DNA of 64,000 nt from the NCBI GenBank assembly GCA_012295275.1, contig CM022674.1:11470001-11534000 (forward strand). Direction: 5' to 3'. The notes below the pieces were generated by a model. The model had not been told where the DNA came from. It worked only from the letters and a program-made list of their open reading frames with translations, and searched no databases. Below, piece after piece: positions 1-15,774 of this stretch; within the stretch, counting starts at the first letter, position 1, and every line of letters starts with the position of its first letter. Both the position numbers and the translations under genes were made by a program. The stretch comes from Chrysomallon squamiferum. Taxonomy: Eukaryota > Animalia > Mollusca.

Positions 1-375
1 GTCTTTGTGAGGTTCCAGGTTTTTTTTTTCTTTTTCTTTTTTAAATTTTTTTTTTTTGTACACTTTTAAAAAAAATGTTTTATTGTTATTATTATTCTTT
101 TCTTTATCTTCGTTTTTAAAAGAAAATGAAGACGATGTCTCTGCTTTATAATAAATGTGAGCTGTTTTTAGAAACAAGATGGGTTAGAATGAAGAGAAGG
201 TAATTCATTGGGTAAATCATTTTCTAAATGTTAATAAATATGATTCATCCCATCATTTAGAACTTCATAAAATAGGCAATGATGATGATAATGATGATAA
301 TTATTATTATTTCCATTTTATACGTACGTATGTTACTTTTTCTTTCTTTCATATAAACACATACATTGTACATAA

Positions 376-420
<45 letters not shown>

Positions 421-3400
421 AATTTATACATGAGGAGTAACTATAAATTATCCATATCTCTCTGTTTTCTTTTTATTTAAATTTTTTGTCATTATCTCGA
501 AACAAACTACTCGGTTTTGTTTTTTTATTTATTAATATTATTTTTGTTTTTTTATTTATTAATATTATTTTCTTTCGTTCTTCTTCTTCTTTTTTATTTT
601 TATATTTTTTAAATTTATTTGTCTTGAATAAATCTTCACACACGCACACACACTGGTCTCTCTATCAGTTAATCTGTTTATCCTTTCATCTGTGCTTAAT
701 TATGGAGCCCCATAAAGAACAATGTAAAACAATTTCTCTGTTTGTTTCACTTTGTAATACAAGCAGAGTAAATGATACATTGTATCACTTTCAATGCGTG
801 TCATTTTGCAGTCACTTTGGTTTATGTGGAAACAAAGAAATAAATTATTCTGATGGGTTCAAAGATATGATATTTTAAATTGTGAAAGATATATGAATTA
901 GCGTTGAAGGATACAAATGGGTCTAAGGATCATGATATTTTAAATTATTGTGAAAAATGTTTAAAATGACATATAAACTAATAGGTAATGATATTAGTGT
1001 GGTAAACATGAAATTCTGAATTATTGTGAAAGATATATTGGTGGTGAGGGATATAAATTAGTGGGCACATATATTATTATAAACAGGCATAAAAAATTTA
1101 TAAGAAATATACTGACAGGTAATAATACAGAATTTAATATAGAAAATTAATTATGTTTAATGATATAATGTAATAAAATATTAGTAATGGGAAAAAATAA
1201 TAATAATAAAGAAAAAAAAAAAAGAAAAAGAAAAAGAACAAAGAAGAAAAATGGAAAAAAAAAGATGTGGTTTAATTTAAATGGGTGGAATAACATAGTA
1301 AGTGATATCTGATATAAAAACGTGTTCAAAATCAAAATTAAATAAATAATATGAAATTCGTATGTTGTGTAGAAAAAGGTGTAACAGTAATATAATGAAC
1401 TGTGAAATACAGGACTGAAGTTTGTTTGAAAGATATCACCTAGATTAATAACTCCTAAAGCTGGCTGCTTCAAAGTTATGATAAATTGATTGCTAAAGAT
1501 TCAAATAAATAACTAAATAAATAAATAAATACTGTGTTGAATCTATGTAGAAAAGAAAGTACTATGAAATTATTTACTACAATTATATTTAAATTACTGA
1601 TCCGTTTTTGATAATAAATACAAAATTTTAAACATTTAAATAGTAACAGCAATAATAATAACTATTTTAATAAATAATTAAATAAATAAATGTGATTTTA
1701 AAATAATAAAAAGTATTCCTGATATTAAAATTAAAAAATATTCTGGTTTTGAATAATTGATAAATTATTCCTGATTTTAATCCCAATAAAAATTCCTCAT
1801 CTGAAAGTCATTACAAACAGCTTCAGTTATTAATTTATATCCAAAATTTTAATTAATTTATTTATTTACTTTTAATAAACATCAAGGACATTACCATTTA
1901 ATCATACAGGTAGTATTAAAACTTTGAATGGTTTACATACAGTTTGATTTAGATTTCAAAAAATATTTCTTAATTATCAGACATTTCTCCCGCACTCTAA
2001 CAATAATCATCATCATAATCCTCTTTACCAGATCCTTATAAAACAGAAATAAAACATAATCGAAAAGGTACCTCGTTATTTCACCTGTAATTCACACCTT
2101 TTTGCCAAACACATAATAAATTTCACACACACAGCTTTCAAAAACAAAGACTATTTTCCTTACAATTCTAATCTTTTAATAACTAAAACTGTTTCCTTAT
2201 AATAACTATCATCTGTCTGTTAAAGCATAAGCCAAATTACTTTATTTATTTTCATTTCTTTTTTAATACCTTTTTTTTTCCAAAGATAAAAAAATGAAAC
2301 CAAACTGACACCAGATATGTTAAATACTCTTCAATTGCTATTAGGCTCTTATCCTAAAACATTTCTGGCTGACAATATATTGCCACTACAAATCTAATTA
2401 CAGTGATGTGAAAATAATCCCAGCCATTTTGTTGCCAATTAAGTAACAGGATGTTCCAACAATATATGGAAAATTGTCACTTCATCCTTAATTTTTTCTT
2501 CTGTCCCTCTTTTATTTCATGCCGGTAAATGTCGATTGTTGATGCTTGCAATTTATCACTTCTCGTTTTTAAAAGCAGAAGTTACATAATTACAGTATCG
2601 CATTCATCGAAGGTTATTATCATCTTTTTTTATATAATGGAGGAGTGGAATACAAAATCGTATTGTACAGGGGATAATGCAAATGCTTTATTTGATGGTA
2701 TAGATTTTTGAAATTCGACTCGGTAATGCTGAACAATGGGGTAATGGTTTTTGAGTTATTTTCAAATCGTCCTGTGGAAATTTCTGCCAGTAATTTATCT
2801 CTTAGTCCATTAAACCATTTCCAGAAGACAACTAATCAGATGTACTGTCACAAGTCACTAGTGACTGGGTAATGACTACCAATATTAATAAATCAACAAG
2901 CCTATTGATTACTGTCATTATGTTTCTGAGTGGGAGAATGGGAGAAAAAGAACAACAAATTGAGAAAAAATAAAAAGAATAAAAAGGTATTAACATATGA
3001 AATGAATGAAAAAATAACTGAATAGAATACTGAATTAATAAAAAATTATGAATAAACAAACTAGTATATGTATGATCACATAAATAAAATTAATTAATGA
3101 ATAAAAGAATATTTAAATATAGAGATTAATGAATTTAATTAATTAAACAAATAGAATTATATTGTATATTTCAAACAGGTTATGCTTAAAATGTTTGTTA
3201 ACAATACATTCCATAATTAATTTAATTAATTTTCTTAAGTCTGTTTTATGTAAAAGTAATTGTTGTGAAGAATATGCTTCTGAAAAAGTAAAAAACATAA
3301 ATAATAAAAATAAAAAATAAATAAAAAAACAAAAACCACTTTTCTGATAGAATAACATAATTCATAAAGTGTACAAGTGTCGAGTGTCTTATGAAGTATT

Positions 3401-6400
3401 TTCTGTGTAAGGAATGAAATATTTTTGGTTCTGTCATTTATATATTAGATAAGTAAATATGCAGATAGATATAGACATACAGATACTGAGATATAGATAA
3501 ATGTAAGTAGATATATAGAGAGATAAACTGTTGCTGAGATAAGAAAATATTTCTATGATTAAACAAATATTTGAAGATTAAATAAAGAAATAGACAGATA
3601 AATAAATAAACAAACAAACAAACAAACAAAAAATAAATAAAGTAATTTACAATTAAAGAAACTTACCTATAAGACTATTATGCAATGTGCTGACACAATT
3701 TCAAAATAAACATGTTAAACAAATCTACTTCTGATATTATATCTCACTATCACCAGAAAAATTATTAAAAATCTCATTCCTAAAATTCCAATACTTCTGA
3801 TTAAAATAAAAAAAATAAAAAAAAAAACATTTTTAAAAATAAGAAAAAAGAAAAAAGAAAAATGATGAAAAAAGAAGAAGAAGAAAAAAAATAAAGAGCG
3901 AAACATTGATTTTGTAAATTCCTCTCCTATCTAATGTAATAACTGAACTCCATGTTTGTATGACCTTTAAAGTGACCAGTGGAAGTGAAAACATTCACAT
4001 TTGTGATCTCGCTTCCTCATTCCATTTCAGTGTCCCCCAGGATACTCATGTCTTCAGCGAAGATGTTGCAGTCGGCGCAGAATCCTTAAAAGAGTTTTGC
4101 TCTTTTTAACGCATGATTTGCTCCACGTTCAGAAGAGCATGAATTGTTTAGAGACGGCATTAAGGAGTTGCGGCTGCCGATGAACTGCAGTGACAGACAG
4201 GGAGCGACGTTTAATCTAAGTAAATGCTGGCGGGACAAGCGGGGTGGAAAAGTGAGTGGATGGTTTGACTGGGACGTTCATCTAGTCTTGTAGGAGACAG
4301 ATGAAGCAGAAGAGTCATCCATCTCATTAATTGAGTGAGCGGAGTCTTGGAAAAGAGTTTCTACGATTCCATTCCAAACCACAGAAAGCAGAATGAGTGG
4401 TGAACGTTTTTCAAAGTCTCAAAAAAACCCAGATGACTTTAAATTTATTAAAAAAGTTTAAAAGAAAAGAAGAAAAAAAATAAAAGTTTGTATAAAAGAT
4501 ATTCAGAAGGTTTTTTTTAAAAAGAAAAAGAAAAAAAAAAGATAACTTTGTAAGAGATATATTGAAAAGGTTACAAATAAGATATGCTTGTATAAAATAA
4601 ATCAAAAGTTTTTGAGAATTTTCAAACACAATATCTTTGTTTAAATAAGAATTTTTTTTAAGAGTTTGAAGATTACTGATATTGACATGGATTTGATTCC
4701 AAAAAGCAGATAAAAATAAAATAAAAAACATTATCTAAAGTTTCAAATAAGATAAAACGTTTTTTTATAAAAAACATTTTATTTTAAATGTTACAACTTT
4801 TATAAAATAATATTAAATTTGAAAAAAGATAATATATGTTTTAAATAAAACTGAATCAAAGATTTTAAAGAAGATTAATGTAAGATAAACTATAATGTTT
4901 AAAAAAATATATAATTTTGTATAAAATAGATTTAAACATTTTTTAAATTTCAAATAAAATATCTATATGTAAAATATGTAAAAACATTTTAGCTAAGTAA
5001 AATAAAAATCAGTAATTTTAGTATTTGAAGATTATTAAAATTAATTTTGATTTGAAACCTTTGAAAGAAATGGGGGGAAAAAAATGTTTCTAAAGCTTGA
5101 AATAAATAACTTTAAAACAAACAAAAATATAAATATATAAAACTTTTAAATTCTAAATTTTGTAAAATTATTGTTTAAAGGATTCAGTGATTATTAAAAT
5201 TACTTTTATTCCAACTAATTAAAAACATATTAGTGAGAACATTTTATAGTTTTAATTAAGGTATTTCATCTATATATTTGTTGTTCATTCATTCATTCAT
5301 TTATTTATTTAACATTAGAACAAACATAATGAATGTGTTATACAAATAACAAAGTTTTGAAACAATAAATAGACAGACTCTTGGAAAATTTATGGACAGT
5401 TTTAAAAATGACAATGTTTTAAAACTGATGATTAGTTTTAAAAGTTTCAGATAAATGTTTGAAAAAAGTAACTTATTAGAATGAGATACAGGAAAATATT
5501 TTTAACATTTGAAAAAACAAATTTTTTTTCAAAAAGGAAGAATGAATATGAAGGCCATAAACTAGAAAAATTACTATCAACCTATACATAGAATTCTGTT
5601 TTTTAAATTGTTTTATAAATAACAAACAGTTGAAGTAATTTGTAAAATGTTTTAAGACGATATTCTTTTTTTTTTTGGAGGGGGTTTGTGTTGGTTTTTG
5701 GTTTGTTTTTTGTTGATTGGAAAACTAATTTATCTTGAGGAGGGAAGTGACATCCATATTTATATGTGACATGTGACAACTATGTGACAGTATGGATGTA
5801 ATTAGAAAATAAAAAAAGTAAAACAGTGTTATTCAAAACTTTAACAATGAAAATCCCTAAACAGAAATCCCCCCCCCCAAATATAAATAAAAAATAAGAA
5901 ATATATGTGCATGTACGCTGAATGGAAAATAAACACAAAAAAGTGAGGTCTTGATCTGAGGTGAGAAACCTGGAAATCCTCTTACAGCAATTACAGATGG
6001 CAGTTTCAAGTCTTTCTACCAGTGATGTATCACTCAAAGGACAGTTTGTATACTGAACCAATATACATAATTTTCAAATTCTCACATGAAGTCAAACATT
6101 TATTTAAGACCACAAACAACATTGATAAAAAGCTACTTGATGTCAGAATTTGTAATCTTCAGTGAGAATTATTAAATAAAAATAATTGCATTATTATTTT
6201 TTTGTTATTATTGTTATTACAGTTAAGATCATTATAGTTGTTGTTATTATTAAGAATATTACTCTTGTTGTTTTAGTAATTATTAATATTATCAACTATT
6301 ATTGATAATTATATATAATACAAAACAGAAAGAAAGAAAAAAGAAACTCACATATTTGTGTTTCAAACATTGTTTTTAACAGTTTCATTATTCATCTGGA

Positions 6401-7432
6401 TCAAACAAACCCATTCATGATTTATCAGTACTTGTTACTATACCAGGCACAACCTTGTTTATTAAAAACAATATTACAAATCAGGGGAAGGTGCGTTTTC
6501 AAATCTCTTTCTGCTAACTGATAATGGGGAGCTATTAGAGAGTTAGTAATGGGTTTCTCTGGAGCACTCTCTTTATACATAAACATATGTTTCACACATT
6601 GTTGACCATTAATAACAGGATTAAACATTCATTTATTCATTAATTTGTTCATCTGATAGTATTTACAATTTACCAATGCTTCTCTTACACATTTATTGAT
6701 GTCTGTTTTAACATATAAATTGGTTATTTGTATACATTTTCACAGCTTTGAGAATTTTATTATAAAATTAAAAAAAATTACGTTTTGAAAAAATCAAAAA
6801 TAATTAAAAAAAAATATGAAAAGAAAAATAAATTAAAAAAGACAAAAAGTGAGCTCAAATGAAATTAAAAAAAAAAAATGTTTAAGAATGAATAAAAAGA
6901 TTTTATAGTTTTATTTTTAGTTTCAGATTTCTCAGCCTTATGACAATATTTTTTTACTCTTTTTTTTTTGTCTTTCTTTGTTCTTATTTTCTGTTTTTTC
7001 TTTCTTTTTTTTTTTTTTTTTTTTTTCTTTTTCTTTTGGCACTGATTTTCATTTCAGATCAACCCAGATGTTTTTGTTTTATATGCTTCAAATATTTTAT
7101 TCTTAGAAAAAAGCAAAAAATATTTTAAACTTATTTTTCTTCAATTCTACTAAAAATATAAATAGAACAATGAAATATATAAATGAATAAATAAAAAATG
7201 TATAATAATAATGAAAGAAATTTTGTTTCTTTTTATGTATTTGTGTTTACATATAATCATAATAAAGATATGTGAGGAGAACAGACACACAAACATACAC
7301 ACAGATACACATACACAGTATTACAGATGTAACTGGTGTAATGTTCAAATATATTTCCATCAGTAATACAGTTTAATACAGTATTTTAAACATATTTGTA
7401 ATATATTCATATGTATATATGTATATATATAT

Positions 7433-7467
<35 letters not shown>

Positions 7468-8076
7468 TAGCTAGATATATATATATACACACACACATAC
7501 ATATACATATATACACACACATTTATATTACACATTATATATATATATATATATATAAACACACACACACACCACAGTCTACTACATACTGACTTATGTA
7601 TGTAGATATAATTACACATATGATAAAATCTGATATTAACCTAGCCTGATGGCTGATTCATGTTATCACATTCCAAGGTTACCCTGTCAATTGAGATCTT
7701 ATTTTCACTTCTACACTCTCCGTTTTAAATGTTTGTACTTAAACGGCTTTATGTCACTTCACAGATTAAAAAAACTCTCCAGCTTGCATTGAAAAGATCA
7801 AATTGAAAAATCATGTGAATACTTTTTATTGAATCCCAGACGCATCTTCTCAGAAGGGTTGTATGTAAGAACATGTGAGATGATTTCTGAATGTGATTTT
7901 TGAAATCTTTTGCTGTCACTTCTCTTATACATGTCCATGCACATCATAAAGAAGTTAGAAAAAAAAAGAAAAATATATAAAGAGTGAAAGAAAAAAATTT
8001 AAATAAAAAATAAAAAACAGAAATGGATGACTGTGGTTTATCATGTTTTGTGACAGTGTATGTATGTGTGTATGTA

Positions 8077-8134
<58 letters not shown>

Positions 8135-8160
8135 ATGTGTGTATGTATGTATGTATGTAA

Positions 8161-8199
<39 letters not shown>

Positions 8200-9113
8200 C
8201 ACATGTTGTATGTGTGTATGTATGTATGTAAGTGTGTGTGTGTCTAATTTTATATGTTTGTGTGCACATGTCTGATTGTACAGGAAAATAATTTGTCAGT
8301 CTGTCTGTTTATATGTGTAAAAGGCTGTGCATCTTTCTGCACAAGACATTTTAAGAAATAACATTTACTGAATACAGGTTACATTTTTCTCCTATTTTTT
8401 TCTGATTTTTTCCTGATAACTATAACTATAACTATATATATATATATAACTATATATATATATAAACACAACACTCACTGCTACAAAAACACTTATCTTC
8501 ATACTCAATACAAAAATTAAACTTTCCAAATCGGTCCCAGTATTTCAACATTTCAAATTGTAAACCATCAAATCTTAAAACTAAAAAAGAAAAACAAAAA
8601 AGAAAAAAAGATTTTCCCTTTCCAACAATATCTCAGATTACAAGTTTGATTTTTCAGTGATATATCAGTGTTAGACTTAGAATCTGCGAGTGCATTGTGA
8701 CAGAGATAAAATTTCTTCACAACAAGTTGATTCAGTTCACTTTGCGAATGACACTGGTACAAGTCACCACTCACAATGATAATATCAAAAAAAAAAAAGT
8801 CTTCTAGAAACACACCCTGTTTCCCTTTCATTAAAACAGAAAAAAAATGAAAGGGAAAATGACAAATTAATTTTACAAATATAATGGTTGAAAATGATAA
8901 ATTAATTTTACAAATATAATGGTTGGTCACCAAAATATAAAAGGAAGAAAATTAGATCAAGAATACAAACACAAACATCCATATGCCTGGATGTACAAAT
9001 GTATGTATGCATTCACATACATGCTTTCTCTCTCAGCTGAAGTCTACAAAATAAATTGTCACTCTACTAGTCTACCATAATTAATACCCTTGTAGCATAA
9101 ACTATAAGTCTTT

Positions 9114-9145
<32 letters not shown>

Positions 9146-10044
9146 TATGTTATATATATTAATGAATAAACCACAGGAGAAATAAATGGAGATAAAATTG
9201 TAAAATAAATTTATATTCCTAAAAAGAAAAGAAGAGAAAATACTGTGCTAATTAATAGTAACTGTGGTGAAAAAATTAAAAAAGAAATAAAGAAAAAGAA
9301 AAAAAAAAGATAGACTACTGAAAAATATTTGTTCAAAAATAATAATGATAATAAAAAGATAGAAAAGAACAATAAGAAAAGTAAATGAATGTTAAACTAC
9401 AGCAAAACTAGCCAATAATAATAATAAAAACAATAAATTATCATTATTATTATGATATGCTATATATTATATTATATTATATCATATTATATTATATTAT
9501 ATATTACCCTGATTTGTATTAATAACTATTATAAAAGAAAATTTCAGCTCAATAAAAATAAAAATAAAACATTAAAAATAAAACAAAAGTATTTAATGTA
9601 ACAAATCAATAATATTAAATTAATAACTTACCTTATCACCAACACATATAAGAAAACTACCACCATTGTTATATAAAATACTGTTAAATTGTTAAAACTT
9701 TTACTTAGAAAATCTAGAAAATCTCAAGACACATTCTATAATTTATCCAGTCTTTGGCAGCAGCAGCACTGTGGACAATGTTTGTAGGTGGCAGCACCTA
9801 TTGTGATACGTTTGTGCCAGTAAGACATGAACTGTGGCACAGATCAAACACCGGTCTGGATACACAACAAACTCTGCTCGCCCGTGTCCTGAGAAATATA
9901 AAGATTAGCTGTTCAGCAGTGGGGACATATTGGTTGTGAGATATTTAAATATCCTGTCACTTATAGTTGGGCTGTGTCAGTGGATGTAATCAGAGTCGGA
10001 GAGCAGTGAAGAGAATAAAAACAAACTTTGTATGTAATCACTCG

Positions 10045-10745
10045 GTGATGTGGTTAAACTTTGGCCGCAATAAATGCAAGGTTCTGAGATCGTGTTCTGG
10101 TACTAGCAACCTCTGAGGTACTGGTTAAGCATTAGTCTCAGTAACATGTAGGTTCTGGGTTCAGGTCCTGGTATTAGTAAATTCTGATGCTATGGTTAAG
10201 CATTAGAGTTAGTGATATGTAGGTTCTGGGTTCAGGTCCTGGTATTAGTAAATTCTGATGCAATGGCTAAGTGTTAGTCTTAGTTCATGTCCTACTACTG
10301 GTAACCTCTGATGCAATGAATAACAATGGTTTCAGTAATATGCATGTTCAGGTTTCCTAGTACTGGTAATATTTGACATTACAGTTAAAACACTGGTCTT
10401 AATAACTAGCAGTTTTCTTAATCAAGTAATAATACCATTTTCCCATATATCATCATAAGCTATGTGGTTAAGAATTAACTTAAAGACTGCAAGATTCTGA
10501 GATCATCACCTGGCCCTGGTAATCATCAAGCAATGTCACTAAGCAGTGGACTTCCTGTGAGTTTCTGAGATCATCATACTACTGGTTATGTATGCAATCA
10601 ATCATGAACAGTATGGTTAAGTATTAGTCTCAGAGACACTGAGGTTCAGGGTTCTTGACCTAGTACAGGAGATCATGGATGCTATGGTTAAACATTGATC
10701 TTAATAACAGCAGTTTGTGGGATCAAGTGATGGTATTGGGTTTTT
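10045..10745 (+). repeat. Degenerate tandem array of ~71-bp tRNA/SINE-head-like units
   Basis: About 10 units of TGGTTAAGCATTAGTCTCAG...GGTTCTGGGTTCAGGTCCTGGTATTAGTAAATTCTGATGC. Confidence 0.65.
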
Positions 10746-11376
10746 GTGTTTAATCAGAGGCAAAGTGGTTTTAAAGTGATGTGGAGATTAAGAGATTATG
10801 TCATGGATCTCTTTATATCATAATCCAGTTGCTTTATCTTACTAAGTGTTATAGTATCTTATCATTTCTGTGACTCCATCATGTGTAATTATTATTATTA
10901 TTTTTATTATGGGATATAGATAAAAATATATGATAACAGGAACATAATCAGTGGCTTTCATTAATTAAAGAAGCAACTGATAATTATCCAGCTTGTGATG
11001 TTATTGCAGTTGTTCAAAGAAAATGTAAAAATATTTACATAAATGTAAATAAGTGTACAGGAATGTAATATTTTCAAATTTAAAACAAAAGTGAAAACAA
11101 ATGTACTAATAAGTTATAAATGTAAATAAACAATCAAAGTAATATAACAATAACAATAATTTTCCAATGTATAGAAATATATATAAAAACATAAAAGAAT
11201 GAAAAGAAAATGGAGATATTAGTTTACACAATATCCTACATTTTTCCTTATATAAAAATCATTTAAAAAAATGATTTATCAGTCTCGCTCTCTCAAACAC
11301 ACACACACACACTCATAAGCATACCTCTACATACATACTTACATATATACATACATACTTACATATATACACATAC

Positions 11377-11419
<43 letters not shown>

Positions 11420-12549
11420 TACATATACACATACACAACAACACACACACATACAAACATGCTCATTTTAAAAATGTGAAGGAATATAACACCAGTGTAA
11501 TTCTAAAATGAAAGGAAAATGCTAATTTGCACTAAAACAATCTGTTTACTGAAATGAAAAAAAGGTCACTCAGTGAAAACAAACATCATATTTACAGCAA
11601 CAACTGGTTGAGACGTCATTATACAACAACTGTTATGATGTCTGCGCTATTTCAAACGACGATAAAAACAACCCTTACAAAATCCCCTATTAATTCTTCC
11701 TCAATTTCTTCTCTCCCATCAACAACACAAGAGACACTCACTAAACGGCTTCACATATTCCGTTACAAAATAAAATTAAAAACCCCCACTGAATTGTTAT
11801 GATTTTTTTCTTCTTTTCACCCCACACTGTTTCGCAATGTCCGTTTCTCATTCCGCGACTATCAGATGGGATCAAATTAAAGAGGCGAAGCTGCACAAGT
11901 GATCACAGTTCAATTTGCCCTTTGCCTGCTGCTCCACACAGCCTGACATGATGATGTTCTCAAAGTTCCAATTTCCACCATCAATTACAGAGCATCGCAG
12001 CGCGTCTGTGCGTGACATGTGACAGAGAGTAATTTCTCAGTCTCTCGATGGGAAGTGTGACAAATGCCATCAATACCGATGCCAATTTCCTCAAGTTGGG
12101 ATCAATTGCTCTTCACTGGAACAAGATGTCTCTTGTTTTTATCAGTGTGCGGAGTGACTTTTAGAAATCTCTTAGTCTAACACTCTTAAATGATAGTGTG
12201 GTTCAGTGGTTAAACCACCATCATTCAAAAATCAGGACAGCTACGTGTCTGTCTGTCTGTCTGTTTGTATGTCTGCTTGTGTGTTTGTCTATTTCTATGT
12301 ATATACATATGTATGTATGTTTGTGTGTGTGTATGTGTGTATGTATGTATGTATGTATGTATGTATGTATGTATGTATGTATGTATATATATATGTATAT
12401 GTATATGTATGTATGTATGTGTATGTCTGAAACATAGATAATAAAATCCAAACACACACCCATACCACACACACACACACATACACACACACACACACAT
12501 ACAAAGGTATTGAGATATTCAGACAGAGAGATAACAAGATATACAGTTG

Positions 12550-12606
<57 letters not shown>

Positions 12607-12844
12607 ATGTACTGAGATAGCTAGACAGAGAGATAAAAAGATATACAGTTGCTCACATATTAAAACTGACTTGGTTTGATTCGTGTCACTCAGAGAGCAA
12701 AATAAACACAAAAATCTTTCTTTTTAAGATGCGTGTTTTATTTATTCTGCACTTTAAAAACCTATCTATAAAAGGGTGGATCAAGTACTTGAAATTTAGC
12801 CAGGAAGATCTCAAGTATGCCAAGATTAAAGACAAATGTCTAGT

Positions 12845-13160
12845 CCAAGCACCCTGAATAACGATACAAACAATTTTCTCCAAGTGTCCTGTGATATCAT
12901 AGAAAGATATGTTAGAAACAAACATCTTTATTAAAGGTAACTGAAAAACAAACAATTTTTGCCAAGTGCTCTGAATAAAGACAATGGATAAACAATTATC
13001 TCAAAGACTCTTTACTGCAGACATGCAAGACACTGAATAAAGATTATGTTGGAAACAAACATCTTTATTAAAGGTAACTGATAAATTAACAACTTTGCAT
13101 AGTGCCCTTAAATAACGACAACTGATAAACAAACAATTTTTGCCAAGTGACCTGTTACAA
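12845..13160. repeat. Degenerate tandem repeat
   Basis: TATGTT.GAAACAAACATCTTTATTAAAGGTAACTGA twice, plus repeated AAACAATTTT..CCAAGTG. Confidence 0.6.
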
Positions 13161-15148
13161 ACAAAACTAAAACAAATATCTTCTCCAAACTGTCATAACG
13201 ATGATTCAGTTGAAGCAGTCACTTTTAAGAGATTTAGTTTCTCCATTTCCTTTCAGGTTGTTTTTTTCAATCATGCGTTTCATGGCTAAGCTAGTTGTGA
13301 CAAACAAACGTTTTATCTGTTCTGACCACACAAACTGCCAGCTACTCCAGACCAGCAGTTAAGAGAAGAAATGTGAAAGCAGGTTTTTATCTTTCTCTAG
13401 CATGTTTCTAGTACTCATCAACAAATGGCTGACTGTAGAAGTAAACTAAGGAGGGAGAGCAGGAGAAAATAAATGAGCGAGTGAGTGAAAAATGGATGAA
13501 TGAATAACACGTTATTATGTATTAGTACATAAAGATTATTAGGAGTAAAACAGAGTGAATTATATGTTTCTGCAGAATGTTGATTATAAGAAAAGTAATT
13601 TACACCCATCACTCTGTTGAATAATTACATCACTTATCATTAAAGGATCCTTATATGGACCTTTGCATAAACTTTGAAGAACTAGTTATAGGTCACTGGT
13701 TAGAATGGGAATTCAGTTATACAGATATTCATTCATCAGTGAAGACAAATTTCCATTTCAGTTCTCATACTGATCTCACTGTGCATGGAGAAATGGTGAT
13801 GGGGGAATGGAGGGGTGAATGAACTGGACTTCCAGTGGCCACTTTTAAAGACATCATCTGAAAGAGTCAAATTACCTTTCAGATGAAGGAAGTGATGGGA
13901 GATGAAGGTTACCTGACGGTTAGGAATGGTTTTGTGGACAGGTGGTACAAAACTAGGTGTAGAGACTGTTAGCAGGGCTCTGATGAAATCAAGTCAGGTA
14001 AATGTGGTAGCTGCTGTTGTCCCCAACGTCTGGCTGTTGCGCAGTTCAAGCTGTCGGCATCTCCACCATGTTCCACATCTAACCAGTGACCTTGTCACAA
14101 CTGACTGACAGAGATAATCTCTGTTAAACGCTATCTTAATTTGTTGTCACAGGTAAAAGAACTGAAAAGCAGCACTCAGGTGTGACAGGTAGGCTTTGTC
14201 TGAGGTAATAATTGTGAAGTCGTCAGTTGTCAAGGTAACAACTGTAATGAAGATGTGTTGTTTTGAATAGTGACAAGTTCTAGTGTAACATCACCTGTTT
14301 CTCAATTAATCTATCTGATCATTTTACTGTATCTGTGTAGCTGACTTTATTATGTTATGTTCTGCTGTGTACTATAAATTTAACAATTACCTTTAGTTTA
14401 TATTACAGGCTGTAAATATTTTTATTTATTTTCACTGATCAAAACTGATTAAAAAAATATGTTCCAGAAATGAAGTTAATGTTATTACTAATGATAAACT
14501 CTTCTCATTCCTTCCTTCTTTCTTTCCTTCATTTACATATTCCCAGTTAATTCAGTTATTTTTTCTTCATTCAATCATTTACATTCATTCATCTGTACTC
14601 TTCTTTATTCATCCATTCATCTATTCTTCTGTTCATTTTCCTGTTAATTCAATCATTCCCTTTATTCATTGATTCACTGATTTTATTCATCTATCATTTA
14701 TTCCCTTCTTCATTAATTCAATCACAAATTTCGTCTCATGCTAAGAATTCTCTCTTTCATTCACTCACTGATATATATCTTTTGTGTTTGTTTTCATCAG
14801 AATAGATTCGTTTGTTAATCTGATTTGTATGGATTATATTGTCTAGTGGATTATCAGATAAGCTGAGACACTGGCAAAGATTAATGAAGATTATCTGATA
14901 GGGATTAGTGTTATGTGACACACAGATTAGTTGACAAAAACGTTCCGAGTAATTAAATAACAGTACATCAAAGAAAAACAAAATACTTATTAATGTCTTT
15001 ATGTTGACCCATATCACAATGACTGACTGACTGAATGAAACATTAAAATGAATATTTACTCAAGATCAACACATTTTTCTACATTAAAGGTTAATGTGTT
15101 AAACATATGATGTTCTAATGATACAGACATTTAATACTGACAGTTCAC

Positions 15149-15564
15149 TAGGGCTGATCCATGTATTCAGAAAAAGGGTGGCACTTTACAGACAATAAAT
15201 TAGAAAGGAACTATATAACCAGGAACATCACTAAATTAGAAAGGAGCTATATAACCAGGAACATCACTAAATTTGAAAGGAGCTATATAACCAGGAACAT
15301 CACTTTTGCTGCAAAGAGTATTTTAGAAGCATCATGCCACACATGAGAAACCACTAGTCATTGTGCTCTGGCTAGACTGGGAAATAACTGATGTAACATA
15401 TATATATATATATATATTACACACACACACACACATACACACACACACATACACACACACATATATATACACATACACATATACATAACACTCACATAGA
15501 TACACAGACATGTTATATCTACATAGATACTTACATTATATAAAATGCACAAGTATTTAAAATG

Positions 15565-15651
<87 letters not shown>

Positions 15652-15774
15652 AATCATAATTAAAACATGTACTCTAAGTACATTTCAAACAATTCAAAAG
15701 GAAGAAACAAGACATGAATCTGAATTAATACATTTTTGAAACCCACAGTCTCCCCTCCCCTAGATCTGCCCCTG
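15149..15774. mobile_element. Degenerate MITE of the CAGGGGCGGATC-type with internal minisatellite and microsatellites
   Basis: Left end TAGGGCTGATCCA, right end TAGATCTGCCCCTG (imperfect inverted repeats). Confidence 0.5.
15197..15304. repeat. 36-bp minisatellite x3
   Basis: AAATTAGAAAGGAGCTATATAACCAGGAACATCACT three times. Confidence 0.9.

Noticed and set aside
4000-4200. Minus-strand acceptor CTGTCACTGCAG as exon 2
   Set aside because: The phase-1 frame hits TGA after 18 codons with no donor.
13912-14101. Possible Prdm3/16 exon 2 (QLELRNSQTLG resembles PR-domain FELRESSIPG)
   Set aside because: In-frame TGA shortly after; the other frames are also closed; no further PR motifs.
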